From assembly GCA_041489255.1 (NCBI GenBank), contig JBGPQV010000001.1, positions 192,001-256,000 on the forward strand: a stretch of 64,000 nt of DNA. The letters run 5' to 3'. The notes beneath the pieces are model-generated. The model had not been told where the DNA came from. It ran no database searches and saw only the letters and a list, made by a program, of their open reading frames with translations. The DNA comes from Thermoplasmata archaeon. Lineage in GTDB: Archaea > Thermoplasmatota > Thermoplasmata > RBG-16-68-12 > JAFNFQ01. Position 1 is the first letter of the stretch, and every line of letters starts with the position of its first letter. The position numbers were made by a program, and so were the translations under genes. This document shows, piece by piece, positions 47,891 to 56,794 of the stretch.

Positions 47891-48664
47891 ATGGCTCAGC
47901 AGAAGACCATGGCCGTATGCCCCGAATGCGGGGCGAAGGTCCGCAAGGAGAACCTCAAGGGGCACATCGACAAAGTGCACAAGAAGGCGGCCGTGGCGAA
48001 GGAGAAGACTCCGGAGCAGACGGCAAGGCCGACCCGCCCGAGAGTCAAAGATCAGCGCAAGGTAAGCCCCTGGCCCGCCATCGCCCTTGCAGCCCTCATG
48101 GCCCTCTCGAGCCTGGGAGCGTACGCCATCTTGACGCAGACACCTAGCAACCCGAGCAACAACCCGCCGCCGTCCAGCAATCGCAGGGCGGCAATCGCCA
48201 CGAGCATGGGCACATTCACGATTGAACTCTACGAGGATAAAGCTCCGCGGACCGCCGGGAACTTCATACGCCTGGCACAGGCGGGCTTCTACAACGGCCT
48301 GATCTTCCACAGGGTCGTGGCCGACTTCGTCATACAGGGCGGGGACCCAAACGGTGACGGCACGGGAAATTCGGGGCAGACCGTTGATTGGGAGAACACA
48401 GGGCTGACGAACGTCAAGTACACGGTCGCAATGGCCCGCTCGGGGGATCCGAACTCGCCCCAAGGCGCGAACACAGCTACCAGCCAGTTCTTCGTGAACC
48501 TGAAGGACAACCCGAGTCTGGACAGCTACACCTATCGCTTCGTCGTCTTCGGAAAGGTCATCAGCGGGCAGTCAGTCGTCGACGCGATTGGACAGGTGAG
48601 CGTGGACTCGAACGACAAGCCGTATACTCCTGTAGTGATGAACACGGTCACCATCACGAGCTGA
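47891..48664 (+). CDS. Membrane-anchored cyclophilin-type PPIase with N-terminal C2H2 zinc finger
   Basis: CPECG..NLKGHIDKVH, a TM helix, then FHRVVADFVIQGGD, AMAR, SQFFVN and VFGKV. Confidence 0.88.
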   Translation: MAQQKTMAVCPECGAKVRKENLKGHIDKVHKKAAVAKEKTPEQTARPTRPRVKDQRKVSPWPAIALAALMALSSLGAYAILTQTPSNPSNNPPPSSNRRAAIATSMGTFTIELYEDKAPRTAGNFIRLAQAGFYNGLIFHRVVADFVIQGGDPNGDGTGNSGQTVDWENTGLTNVKYTVAMARSGDPNSPQGANTATSQFFVNLKDNPSLDSYTYRFVVFGKVISGQSVVDAIGQVSVDSNDKPYTPVVMNTVTITS

Positions 48665-48718
48665 ACGCTCTCACATACGTGAGGAACGTTTATTCACGCC
48701 TCTTTCAATGTCCTCGCG

Positions 48719-49633
48719 GTGCAGAGAACCCAGCAGCTCGGTCAAGGAGAAGAGAGACCCAGGATTGCCGTCGTCGGCTGCGGCGGTGCGGGATGCAACA
48801 CGGTCCATCATCTCCCCGCCACTCCGGGTCTGGAGATCATCGGCCTCAACGACGTCCCTCACCCGTCTCTCCTTGGCATCAAGCACCGCGTCCTCATCTC
48901 AGAAGACGAGCTCAAGACGATCGCAACGCTGGACGACTCGGTCGCCCGCGGACTTGAGACCGATGCCGAGAGGCTGATTGCGCGCGAACTCATCGGGTTC
49001 GACATGGTCGTCGTCGTGGCCGGTCTTGGCGGGAACACGGGTGGAGACGGGGCGAACGCTGTCGCGCGCGTAGCCCGCATCCACAACATCCCGGTGTGGG
49101 GGATCGTGACCCAGCCCTTCAAGGCGGAGGGGCTCAGGAGGAGAATGGCGAGCCAGGAAAGCCTCGACAGATTGCGCAAGAGGTGCCCCGGGGTCCTCGC
49201 CTTCACCAACGACGAGCTCCTGGAAATCGCGCCGGAGATACCGATCATGAGGGCATTCGCGATCATGGGGCAGATAATGGTCAAGCCCCTGGAGGCGATG
49301 TCGAAGCTGATCACGAAGAGCGACATCCGCCTCATGCGTGAGTTCTTCGCAGGGTGTCGCGAGCTCAGGCTCGGGATCGGCGAGGCGAAAGGCCCTCACA
49401 GGTCATTCGAGTCCGTGATAGACGCGTTCGCGTCGCCCTGGATGAAGTTCGATGCGGAAAGGGCAAGGCAGGCGATGGTCTTCATCAGCGGCTCGAAGGT
49501 CGACGAGGACATCGTCAAGGATGTCTTGCACAACGTCTCGCTCCGCGCGCCGATCGCAGAGGTGCTGTACGGCACCTACACGGAGGGAGAGGGCGAGATG
49601 ATCAGGGTCAGCGTCATGGTCCCGCCGCCATGA
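48719..49633 (+). CDS. Divergent FtsZ/tubulin-family protein
   Basis: VVGCGGAGCN, AGLGGNTGG, PFKAEG..R and ND.L motifs; C-terminal IRVSVM. Confidence 0.8.
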   Translation: MQRTQQLGQGEERPRIAVVGCGGAGCNTVHHLPATPGLEIIGLNDVPHPSLLGIKHRVLISEDELKTIATLDDSVARGLETDAERLIARELIGFDMVVVVAGLGGNTGGDGANAVARVARIHNIPVWGIVTQPFKAEGLRRRMASQESLDRLRKRCPGVLAFTNDELLEIAPEIPIMRAFAIMGQIMVKPLEAMSKLITKSDIRLMREFFAGCRELRLGIGEAKGPHRSFESVIDAFASPWMKFDAERARQAMVFISGSKVDEDIVKDVLHNVSLRAPIAEVLYGTYTEGEGEMIRVSVMVPPP

Positions 49634-50108
49634 GCGACCTGCCCATCACGTGCCTTTCCATTTTGAAACCCATCTTCAGGTAGAGGGGTCTCGCGCTTTC
49701 ATTGCCATCAGCGACCTCGAGCTTGACCTTCTCCAGTCCCTGCTCCTGGAACCACTTGAACGCGAACTCTATCAGCTGCCTGCCAACGCCCTGCCGCCTC
49801 GCCCATTCAGCCACGTAGATGTCGAAGATGAACCCGTACGGCCTAGACGAATAGAACGGCATCGTCTGCCCGAGGAGAATGTGCCCCGCGGATGTTCCCC
49901 TCTCATCTTCCGCGATGAATAGACTGTTTCTGGGGTCGTCCAGGTAGGGGCCGGCGGCCTGTCTGAAGTGGCTCTCGAACTCCCGCCTGTCCATCCCTGC
50001 CCTCTCATCCTCAGGTATGTCCCGCCATGCCGTCTCCAGAGTCGCCTTCCAGAAAGCCTCGCGGTCGGCAGCCTTGCCTTCCCTTATCCTCACTCGCATG
50101 ATTGCCAC
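49614..50108 (-). CDS. GNAT acetyltransferase
   Basis: IYVAEWARRQGVG and N..A..LY.KMGF motifs. Confidence 0.88.
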   Translation of the reverse strand: MAIMRVRIREGKAADREAFWKATLETAWRDIPEDERAGMDRREFESHFRQAAGPYLDDPRNSLFIAEDERGTSAGHILLGQTMPFYSSRPYGFIFDIYVAEWARRQGVGRQLIEFAFKWFQEQGLEKVKLEVADGNESARPLYLKMGFKMERHVMGRSLMAAGP

Positions 50109-50227
50109 CAGGCAATGGAGGATATTAGACAGTTGGTGGAATCCGCCGACCCCTCCCGCCAGCTCTTTTTCGGCGGTGATAACCAGCGCGGTGCTATCTA
50201 ATAGCCTCGCCCGCGCTAGATTCGGAC

Positions 50228-52573
50228 ATGCTCCAGCCCCAGTGCCTTCGCTGCGGGGCTATATCCCAGGCGCCTCTGTGCAGCAGGTGCCTTTCATTCC
50301 TCGCGGCGCACAGACCCCTCCTCTTCGATCCAAAGGTGGAACGGGGGACATCGGTGGTCGAGCTGTTGGGAAAGGGCGGGAGGCTCATGGCGACCCTCGA
50401 CCCGAAGAAGCCGCTATTGGCTTTCGACGAACCGCCCCTAGACTGGAAGTCCGAGGCGGCGGCCGAGTTCATCCTGAAACACATGGGCTTCAATGGCGGC
50501 GCTCCAGACAAGCTGACGCTGGGCGACGCCGAACTTCTCCATGATATCCTGTTCCATTTCTCGCAGAGGCCCCTGAACCCGGGGAAACTCGAATCCAGAC
50601 TTCAGGCGTTGAAGAAGCGCCTTGCCGAGGTCCCTTATCTCCCGCAAGTCGAGGCGAACCTCAAGAGTCAGGCGCCGCCAGTGTTCGCACAGGCGGTCGC
50701 CTCGGCGGTCTCGATCACACAGCCGGTCATCGAGCGACTGGAGGAGGCGCGGGGGGTGATTGAGCTTCCTTCACCGCCCCCCGACGAGCCCGAACCCTTG
50801 CCGCCAGAGCCTCCAGATTCCCCCGAGCCGGAGATACCGCCGTTGGAACCGCCGCCGCCAGCGGACGTGCCCCCTGAGCCGGAAGAGCGGCACCCCCAGA
50901 CCCCGCCAGTTCCCGAAATCGTCACCGCGGCCGCCGAGCTCGAGCAGCTTCAAGCGGAGATCCAGAGGCTGTCCATGCTCAAGGCGCAGATGGGGAGGCA
51001 GAGGGACGAGATTCAGAACGTGCTCCAGGTCGAGAGGTCCGCGCTGGAGGAGCGCGAGGTCCTCGTGACCGCCCAGGCGGCCACCTTGCAGTCACGGGCG
51101 AGAGAACTCACGGAGAAGGAGAAGGATCTGAGCTCGAGGGAGGCGGAAACGGCTAGGCAGAGGCGCCGCCTTGACCTGACCGAGTTCCTGATGTCCGTCC
51201 CAGAGCTGGAGAGGAAAGACCTCCAAGTTCTGCGCGCGAACTACCAGGACCTGGAATCGCTCAAGTCCGCGACACTCGACGACCTCATGGCGGTCGGGGA
51301 GCTCGGCGAGGCGAAGTCCAGAGAGCTGTACGCCGCACTGCACCCAAGCTGGTCAGACGAGGACGAGGACCTCGCCACCAGGGCTCAGGCGCTCCTTGAG
51401 GTAGGCGACTACCACGGGGCGCTCCAATGCTACGATTTCATGCTGAGGAAATCCCCCGAGAGCGAGAACCTCTGGTTCAACAAGGCAGAGGTGCTCGGGA
51501 TGATCAATGACCGCGAGGGAGCGCTCCAAGCCTACTCGCGCGTGCTCGAGATCAACAAGAACAATGCGGTCGCGTGGCAGGAGAAGGCAGACCTCCTCTT
51601 CGAAGCGAGCAGGATCGAGGAAGGGATACGGGCCCTCCGCAGCCTCATCGAGGTTGACCACGAGAAGGTCGAGATCGTTCTCGCGAAGGCGGAGCAAGTC
51701 GCTGCACGAGGGATGGAAAGGGACGCGGTCCTGCTCTACAACGCGATCCTGGAGGCGGACCCGGGGAACGTGAAGGCGCACCTCGGACTGGGAGACTGCC
51801 TGGTGAAGCTCGGCGACTGCGACATGGCGGACAAGATGTATACCCGGGCCCTCGGCAGGGACCCTCAGAACCCGCGCGCCCTCTACAGGAAAGGCTCGAT
51901 GCTCAACCGCAGGGGGAGGTGGGGAGCGGCACTGCAACTCTTCAACAGGGCGATCGCTCTGGACTGGAACTACGCCGACCCATGGATCGGCAAGGGCGAG
52001 TTGCTGCTCAAGCAGGGAAAACCGTCTGAGGCCTTGGACTGCTACCAGAAGGCAATCGAATTCGGACCTGAAAGGGCAGACGCCTGGGCGGGCAAGGCCT
52101 TGGTGCATCTGGCCAGAGAGGAGACCGAGCAGGCCAACGCCGCGATGGCGAAAGCGGAGGAGCTCGAGCCCGAGAGCGAATCGCTCAAGGAAATCAAGAA
52201 GGTCGTCGAGCGCGGCGCTCGAAAGGGCGGTCACGAGCCGCGCAGAGTCATCATCAGGGAGGATTCCGACGAGATCCTGAAGGCCGTCCTGAAGGACTCG
52301 AAGGGAATCAGCGAGTCGCAGATACTGAGGAGACTGGCGGACATGGCCCTCGATGCGGGGGACCTCGAGGAGGCTCTCAAGAGCTACTCGGAGGCCCTCG
52401 CGACGGATGAGAACGATGCCGACGCCTGGTGCGGCAAGGGCCTGGTCCTCCGCAAGATGGGGCGGTTCGAGGAGGCGGCGGAGGCATACGACCGTGCCCT
52501 CAGAATCGACCCGAACAGGGAAGACGCGAGACATGGCCGCGAGGCCTGCGCAAAGGAGGAGGCTGCAAAATGA
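50228..52573 (+). CDS. TPR-repeat protein with N-terminal Zn finger, Pro-rich linker, coiled coil and HhH-like motif
   Basis: CLRC..CSRC; PPPDEPEP tract; ATLDDLMAVGELGEAKS; many W..KG/A..Y..AL TPRs. Confidence 0.85.
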   Translation: MLQPQCLRCGAISQAPLCSRCLSFLAAHRPLLFDPKVERGTSVVELLGKGGRLMATLDPKKPLLAFDEPPLDWKSEAAAEFILKHMGFNGGAPDKLTLGDAELLHDILFHFSQRPLNPGKLESRLQALKKRLAEVPYLPQVEANLKSQAPPVFAQAVASAVSITQPVIERLEEARGVIELPSPPPDEPEPLPPEPPDSPEPEIPPLEPPPPADVPPEPEERHPQTPPVPEIVTAAAELEQLQAEIQRLSMLKAQMGRQRDEIQNVLQVERSALEEREVLVTAQAATLQSRARELTEKEKDLSSREAETARQRRRLDLTEFLMSVPELERKDLQVLRANYQDLESLKSATLDDLMAVGELGEAKSRELYAALHPSWSDEDEDLATRAQALLEVGDYHGALQCYDFMLRKSPESENLWFNKAEVLGMINDREGALQAYSRVLEINKNNAVAWQEKADLLFEASRIEEGIRALRSLIEVDHEKVEIVLAKAEQVAARGMERDAVLLYNAILEADPGNVKAHLGLGDCLVKLGDCDMADKMYTRALGRDPQNPRALYRKGSMLNRRGRWGAALQLFNRAIALDWNYADPWIGKGELLLKQGKPSEALDCYQKAIEFGPERADAWAGKALVHLAREETEQANAAMAKAEELEPESESLKEIKKVVERGARKGGHEPRRVIIREDSDEILKAVLKDSKGISESQILRRLADMALDAGDLEEALKSYSEALATDENDADAWCGKGLVLRKMGRFEEAAEAYDRALRIDPNREDARHGREACAKEEAAK

Positions 52574-54471
52574 GCGAGACAGGCAGTAGCCTCCCCAGCG
52601 TCGTCAGGCTCGAAGAGGCCATGGAAGCCGGCCACAAAGCCATGCGCTTGGAACGCTGGAAGGACGCCATGGGCTTCTTCCGGATGTCCACGGAACTCAA
52701 GCCGCTATACGTCGAGGCGTGGCTCGGCCTGGCGATGGCCCTGAGGCGCAGCGGGAATCTCCGCGGAGCGGTCGATTCCTACCGCAGGTCACTCGATATC
52801 GATTTCAGCAACAGGGATGCTTGGACCGGTCTCATCGAGGTGCTCCACGAACTGGGGATGTACAAGCAGGAGATCGAGGCGTGCGACTGCTTCCTGCGTT
52901 TCAACTCGAGAGCTGATGGCGCTCTTTTGAACAAGGGCGTGGCGCTGCATTCCCTCGGGAAACTGGAGGCCGCCCTGGATTGCTTCACGCAGGCCGCCGA
53001 TCGCAGGCCGGACAATGTGGCGGCGCTCAACAACAAGGGCGCCGTACTGCTCAGGCTCGGACGGCTTGAGGATGCTCTGGAGGCTTTCGATTGGGCGCTG
53101 ACATTCGAACCTCATCACGACGATGTCCTGAGGAACCGCTGCCTGCTGCTGATCCGCCTCGGGCGTTACAGCGAGGCTGTGCGCGCGGCGGAACAGATGC
53201 TCGCGGTGAAAGAGGAAGGATGGCTCTGGATGCTGAAGGGGCTCGCCCACGCCGAGCTCAGGGAAGTGCCTCTCGCGCTGCAATCGCTCGAGAGAGCGAG
53301 GGAACTCGACTCGAATCTCGAAGGACTGGAAGAGGCCCTCGAAAGGACTCGCAAGCTCAAGGCGACCATGGAGGAAGCGGAGAGGAGACTGCCCGACGGA
53401 GTGTCGGAGCAAAGGAAGGGAGCGGAGACTCCTGTCGCCGATCAACTTCAGATTCCTCCTCAAGGAATCGCCGTGGTCCTCCTCCATCTCGGCTACCCGA
53501 CGGAGGCCCTGAGCATCTGGCAACAGTCGATGGACAAGGACTGCCCCGACGACTGGCTCGGGCTGGGAAAGGCGTTGATGGCGGGCGGAGAGAGACATGC
53601 AGGGGAGAGGTGCCTCTCCGAGGCCGCCAAGCGGGCCTGGGGGGATGGAAACGCGACCGAGTTCCCCACCGACGAACTCCCTTCACTTTGGCGGGAAATC
53701 TCGAAGCATGTCTCCGAGGAACGCAAGAATGAGGCCATGGATCTGCTCTCCCGGGCACTGGAGTACAGGGGAGATCTGGAGCACGGCTGGGAGTGGCTCG
53801 GGGTGCTGAGGGCCTTGGACGGCCAGCTGGTCGCGTCGGAGGCAGCCCTGCGCCAAGCGACGGATGTTGAGCCCGACTATGCTACGGCTTGGAGCAACCT
53901 AGGCGCGGTCCTCATAAGTCAATGTAAACTGAACGAAGCATCAAACGCCCTCCGCACCGCCCTGGTGATCGATCCGAATCACGCCGAAGCGCTCAACAAC
54001 CTGGGCCTCGTCGAGTTGAGGCTCGGCAACTGCACCGAAGCACGGGAATCGCTGCGCAGGGCGATCAAGATCAAGGAGCACCCGCAGACCTGGCTGATCC
54101 TCGCCGCAGTGATGGAGAAGATGAACCGGTGGCGGGAAGCGGAGCACTGCTACGAGAAGACCCTCGCACTCGATCCGAAGAATGCGATGGCGGTGGCAGG
54201 ACTCGCGAGGACAAGGGGCAAGATCGGCTCTCGCACGAAAGCCATGATCGACAAGGGCAGCAGGCGGCTGATGCACATCAGAGGCGTGGGACCGAGCAGG
54301 GCCAGGGCGCTGGCCAAGGCGGGATACACATCGCCCAAGGCTATTGTCGAAGCTCCGCTCGCCGACATCTCAACGCTGCCCGGTTTCAACAAATCCGTCG
54401 CGGCGGAAATCAGGAAGACCGCGCGTCAGCTCCTCATGAAGCGGAACCCGCGAAGGTCCCCGGGCAGGTAG
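52570..54471 (+). CDS. TPR-repeat protein with C-terminal tandem HhH motifs
   Basis: ALNNKG TPRs; LMHIRGVGPSRARALAKAGY..DISTLPGFNKSVA; ATGA overlap with the upstream gene. Confidence 0.85.
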   Translation: MSETGSSLPSVVRLEEAMEAGHKAMRLERWKDAMGFFRMSTELKPLYVEAWLGLAMALRRSGNLRGAVDSYRRSLDIDFSNRDAWTGLIEVLHELGMYKQEIEACDCFLRFNSRADGALLNKGVALHSLGKLEAALDCFTQAADRRPDNVAALNNKGAVLLRLGRLEDALEAFDWALTFEPHHDDVLRNRCLLLIRLGRYSEAVRAAEQMLAVKEEGWLWMLKGLAHAELREVPLALQSLERARELDSNLEGLEEALERTRKLKATMEEAERRLPDGVSEQRKGAETPVADQLQIPPQGIAVVLLHLGYPTEALSIWQQSMDKDCPDDWLGLGKALMAGGERHAGERCLSEAAKRAWGDGNATEFPTDELPSLWREISKHVSEERKNEAMDLLSRALEYRGDLEHGWEWLGVLRALDGQLVASEAALRQATDVEPDYATAWSNLGAVLISQCKLNEASNALRTALVIDPNHAEALNNLGLVELRLGNCTEARESLRRAIKIKEHPQTWLILAAVMEKMNRWREAEHCYEKTLALDPKNAMAVAGLARTRGKIGSRTKAMIDKGSRRLMHIRGVGPSRARALAKAGYTSPKAIVEAPLADISTLPGFNKSVAAEIRKTARQLLMKRNPRRSPGR

Positions 54472-54734
54472 CTCCTGAGCCTCCCTATCTGTTCGTAGTC
54501 CGCCACGAGGCCTTTTATCTGCTCCTTCGAGAGGCCGGAGTGCTTCAGCTGTCTCCTGAAGACCCTGACGCCCTTCTTGCGCCTCGCCTTCATTCGGAGG
54601 AGGGCCAGGCCTGCCTTGAGCACGAGGACTGGGATGAAAGCGACGATCTCGACGATATCGCCGCTACTTCTCCTCGTCGACCTTGCTCCGGATTCGCTGC
54701 TTGAGCTTCTCTTCGATCTCTCGTCCGATGTCAT
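54426..54734 (-). CDS. Small basic hypothetical protein (start uncertain)
   Basis: Hydrophobic segment followed by RKKGVRVFRRQLKHSGLSKEQIKGL..Y; third gene of a small operon. Confidence 0.55.
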   Translation of the reverse strand: MTSDERSKRSSSSESGARSTRRSSGDIVEIVAFIPVLVLKAGLALLRMKARRKKGVRVFRRQLKHSGLSKEQIKGLVADYEQIGRLRSYLPGDLRGFRFMRS

Positions 54735-55029
54735 CGTCCTCGTCCCCGTGCTCGTGCTTCCCGCCGCCGCTAACCGCCTTGCCTATGATACCCGCCAAGT
54801 CCAGCGAAGACATGTACGTCTTCGTCAGCTCATAGGCCTGCTGGTCTGTCATCCCGCTGTCCTTCAGGGACTTATAGAAGCCAGCGATTGCCTGTCCGTA
54901 CTTGGCGGCGGACTCCTTGCCGTAGAGCACGTCGGTCAGTGCGTTCAGGAGCGCGGGGATCTTCTGGGAAACGACCTCGAGGATCTCCTTCACTTCTTCC
55001 GCGTCATGCTTCTCTTCTGACATTTTCAT
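54664..55029 (-). CDS. Conserved hypothetical protein
   Basis: EILEVVSQKIPALL..GQAIAGFYKSLKDSGM..QAYELTK; overlaps the HTH gene stop. Confidence 0.75.
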   Translation of the reverse strand: MKMSEEKHDAEEVKEILEVVSQKIPALLNALTDVLYGKESAAKYGQAIAGFYKSLKDSGMTDQQAYELTKTYMSSLDLAGIIGKAVSGGGKHEHGDEDDDIGREIEEKLKQRIRSKVDEEK

Positions 55030-55526
55030 TCACCTTCCTTTTTGCCTTGATTACCACTAGGTTGACCCTCATACTTCTGGAGACCGAGCAACTGTGACCA
55101 CTTTTGCACGACCTCGTCAGAGATGTTGAACCGCCTCTGCTTGCTGTCGGTCGACACCGTCACGACCCCGTTCTCCACCAGCTTGTCGAGGCGTTCCCTG
55201 ACGATGCGCCTCGAGGCGGAGCCCCTCCTCTGCCTCATCTGCTCGGCTATCTGGGATATGTTCCTATCTCCCTTGTCGAACAGTATCTTCACGATCTCCT
55301 GGGATATCGGATTCTTCAGACCGGGGATGACAACCTCGGGCGATATCTCTCCGTACCTTTGATAGAGTTCCAGGAGCCCGAAGTACCGCTTCGCGACCCC
55401 CTGAAGCTCCTCCAGCTGGCCGAGCACCTTCTGATATGGCCTGACTGCCATCTCCAGCGCCTCGGAGAGCTGGGCGATCTGCGCCCTCAGCTCCCTGATC
55501 TCGTCGCGGAGGTCCTCCTCGCCCAT
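55026..55526 (-). CDS. Winged-helix transcriptional regulator with N-terminal coiled coil
   Basis: NISQIAEQMRQRRGSASRRIVRERLDKLVENGVV. Confidence 0.75.
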   Translation of the reverse strand: MGEEDLRDEIRELRAQIAQLSEALEMAVRPYQKVLGQLEELQGVAKRYFGLLELYQRYGEISPEVVIPGLKNPISQEIVKILFDKGDRNISQIAEQMRQRRGSASRRIVRERLDKLVENGVVTVSTDSKQRRFNISDEVVQKWSQLLGLQKYEGQPSGNQGKKEGE

Positions 55527-55620
55527 TCGCGCTCTTATCGGCTAACGCCTATTAATCTGTAGCCGTCCGGGACCATGCGGGCTGAGGAGTCATTAAGAGC
55601 GGACAGGGCGTTCCCGCGGC

Positions 55621-56298
55621 GTGGTCGAACTCAAGCCCACCCACTACGACGGCGTGTTCTCCGACGGGCGGGACTTCTTCACGCGGAATCTCACGGCGGG
55701 AGTCAAGGTCTACGGCGAGAAACTCCTGACCTGCGGCGGGAAGGAGTACAGGCGTTGGGATCCCTACAGGAGCAAGCTCGCGGCGCTTCTGCAGAGGGGT
55801 TGCCCTGAATGGCCTTTCAAGGAGGACACGGAAGTGCTCTATCTCGGTGCCGCCAGCGGGACCACGGCGAGCCACCTCTCTGACATCTGTATGGAAGGGA
55901 GGCTGTACTGCATCGAGATATCCTCGAGGGTCTTCCGCAAGCTGCTCGACGTGGCGGTAAGGAGGCCGAATATGATGCCATTCCTCGGCGACGCGGACCG
56001 ACCGGATGCTTACAAGAGCCTCTTCGGCTTGGTCGAGGTGGTCTACCAGGACGTAGCACAGAGAGACCAGGTCCCGATCTTCTTGAAGAATGTCTCCTTC
56101 CTGGGCCCCGGGGGGCTCGGGTTCCTCATGGTCAAGGCGAGGAGCATCGACGTGGCGGCGCAGCCCGCAGACATTTATCGCCAAGTGTCAAAGGATCTCT
56201 CCGCGGCTGGGCTCAGCCTCCTCGGCACCGTCCGGCTCGACCCATTTCAGAAAGACCACGCGGCGGTCGTCGTCCAAAAGCCTTCGGGGCAAGCTTAA
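55621..56298 (+). CDS. flpA: Fibrillarin-like rRNA/tRNA 2'-O-methyltransferase
   Basis: YRRWDPYRSKLAA, VLYLGAASGTTASH, YQDVAQ and KARSID motifs. Confidence 0.95.
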   Translation: MVELKPTHYDGVFSDGRDFFTRNLTAGVKVYGEKLLTCGGKEYRRWDPYRSKLAALLQRGCPEWPFKEDTEVLYLGAASGTTASHLSDICMEGRLYCIEISSRVFRKLLDVAVRRPNMMPFLGDADRPDAYKSLFGLVEVVYQDVAQRDQVPIFLKNVSFLGPGGLGFLMVKARSIDVAAQPADIYRQVSKDLSAAGLSLLGTVRLDPFQKDHAAVVVQKPSGQA

Positions 56299-56338
56299 AT
56301 AACGGCGCAGTTATCGTCATCCTCCCCCGAGGCGGAAC

Positions 56339-56794
56339 ATGGCCAGATTGTATGCGAAGAGGAAGGGCAAGTCGGGCAGCAGGAGGCCTCAGGTCAAGGA
56401 GAGCCCCGCCTGGGTCCAGCTCAAGAAGGACGAGATAGAGAGCCTCATAGTCAAGCTGTCAGGGACCGGTCTGGCCTCGGCGCAGATAGGCCTGAAGCTG
56501 AGGGACTCCTACGGCGTGCCGGACGTGCGCCTCGCGACAGGGAAGACCGTCGTGAAGATCATGAAGGAGAAGGGCGTGAAGATCGACATCCCCGAGGATG
56601 TCACGTCGCTCATGAAAAAGGCGGTGCATCTCCAGACGCACATCAAAGCGAACCCGGCCGATCTCTCCAACAAGCGCTCCCTCGGGCTGGTCGAGAGCAG
56701 GATACGCCGCCTCTCGCGCTACTACAAGCGCGAAGGAGTGATTCCGCAGGATTGGGACTACAAGGTCATGCTGGCCGAGATCGGGGCAAAGTAA
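56339..56794 (+). CDS. rps15: 30S ribosomal protein S15 (uS15/S13e)
   Basis: MARLYAKRKGKSGS, IGLKLRDSYGVP and ESRIRRLSRYYK motifs. Confidence 0.95.
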   Translation: MARLYAKRKGKSGSRRPQVKESPAWVQLKKDEIESLIVKLSGTGLASAQIGLKLRDSYGVPDVRLATGKTVVKIMKEKGVKIDIPEDVTSLMKKAVHLQTHIKANPADLSNKRSLGLVESRIRRLSRYYKREGVIPQDWDYKVMLAEIGAK

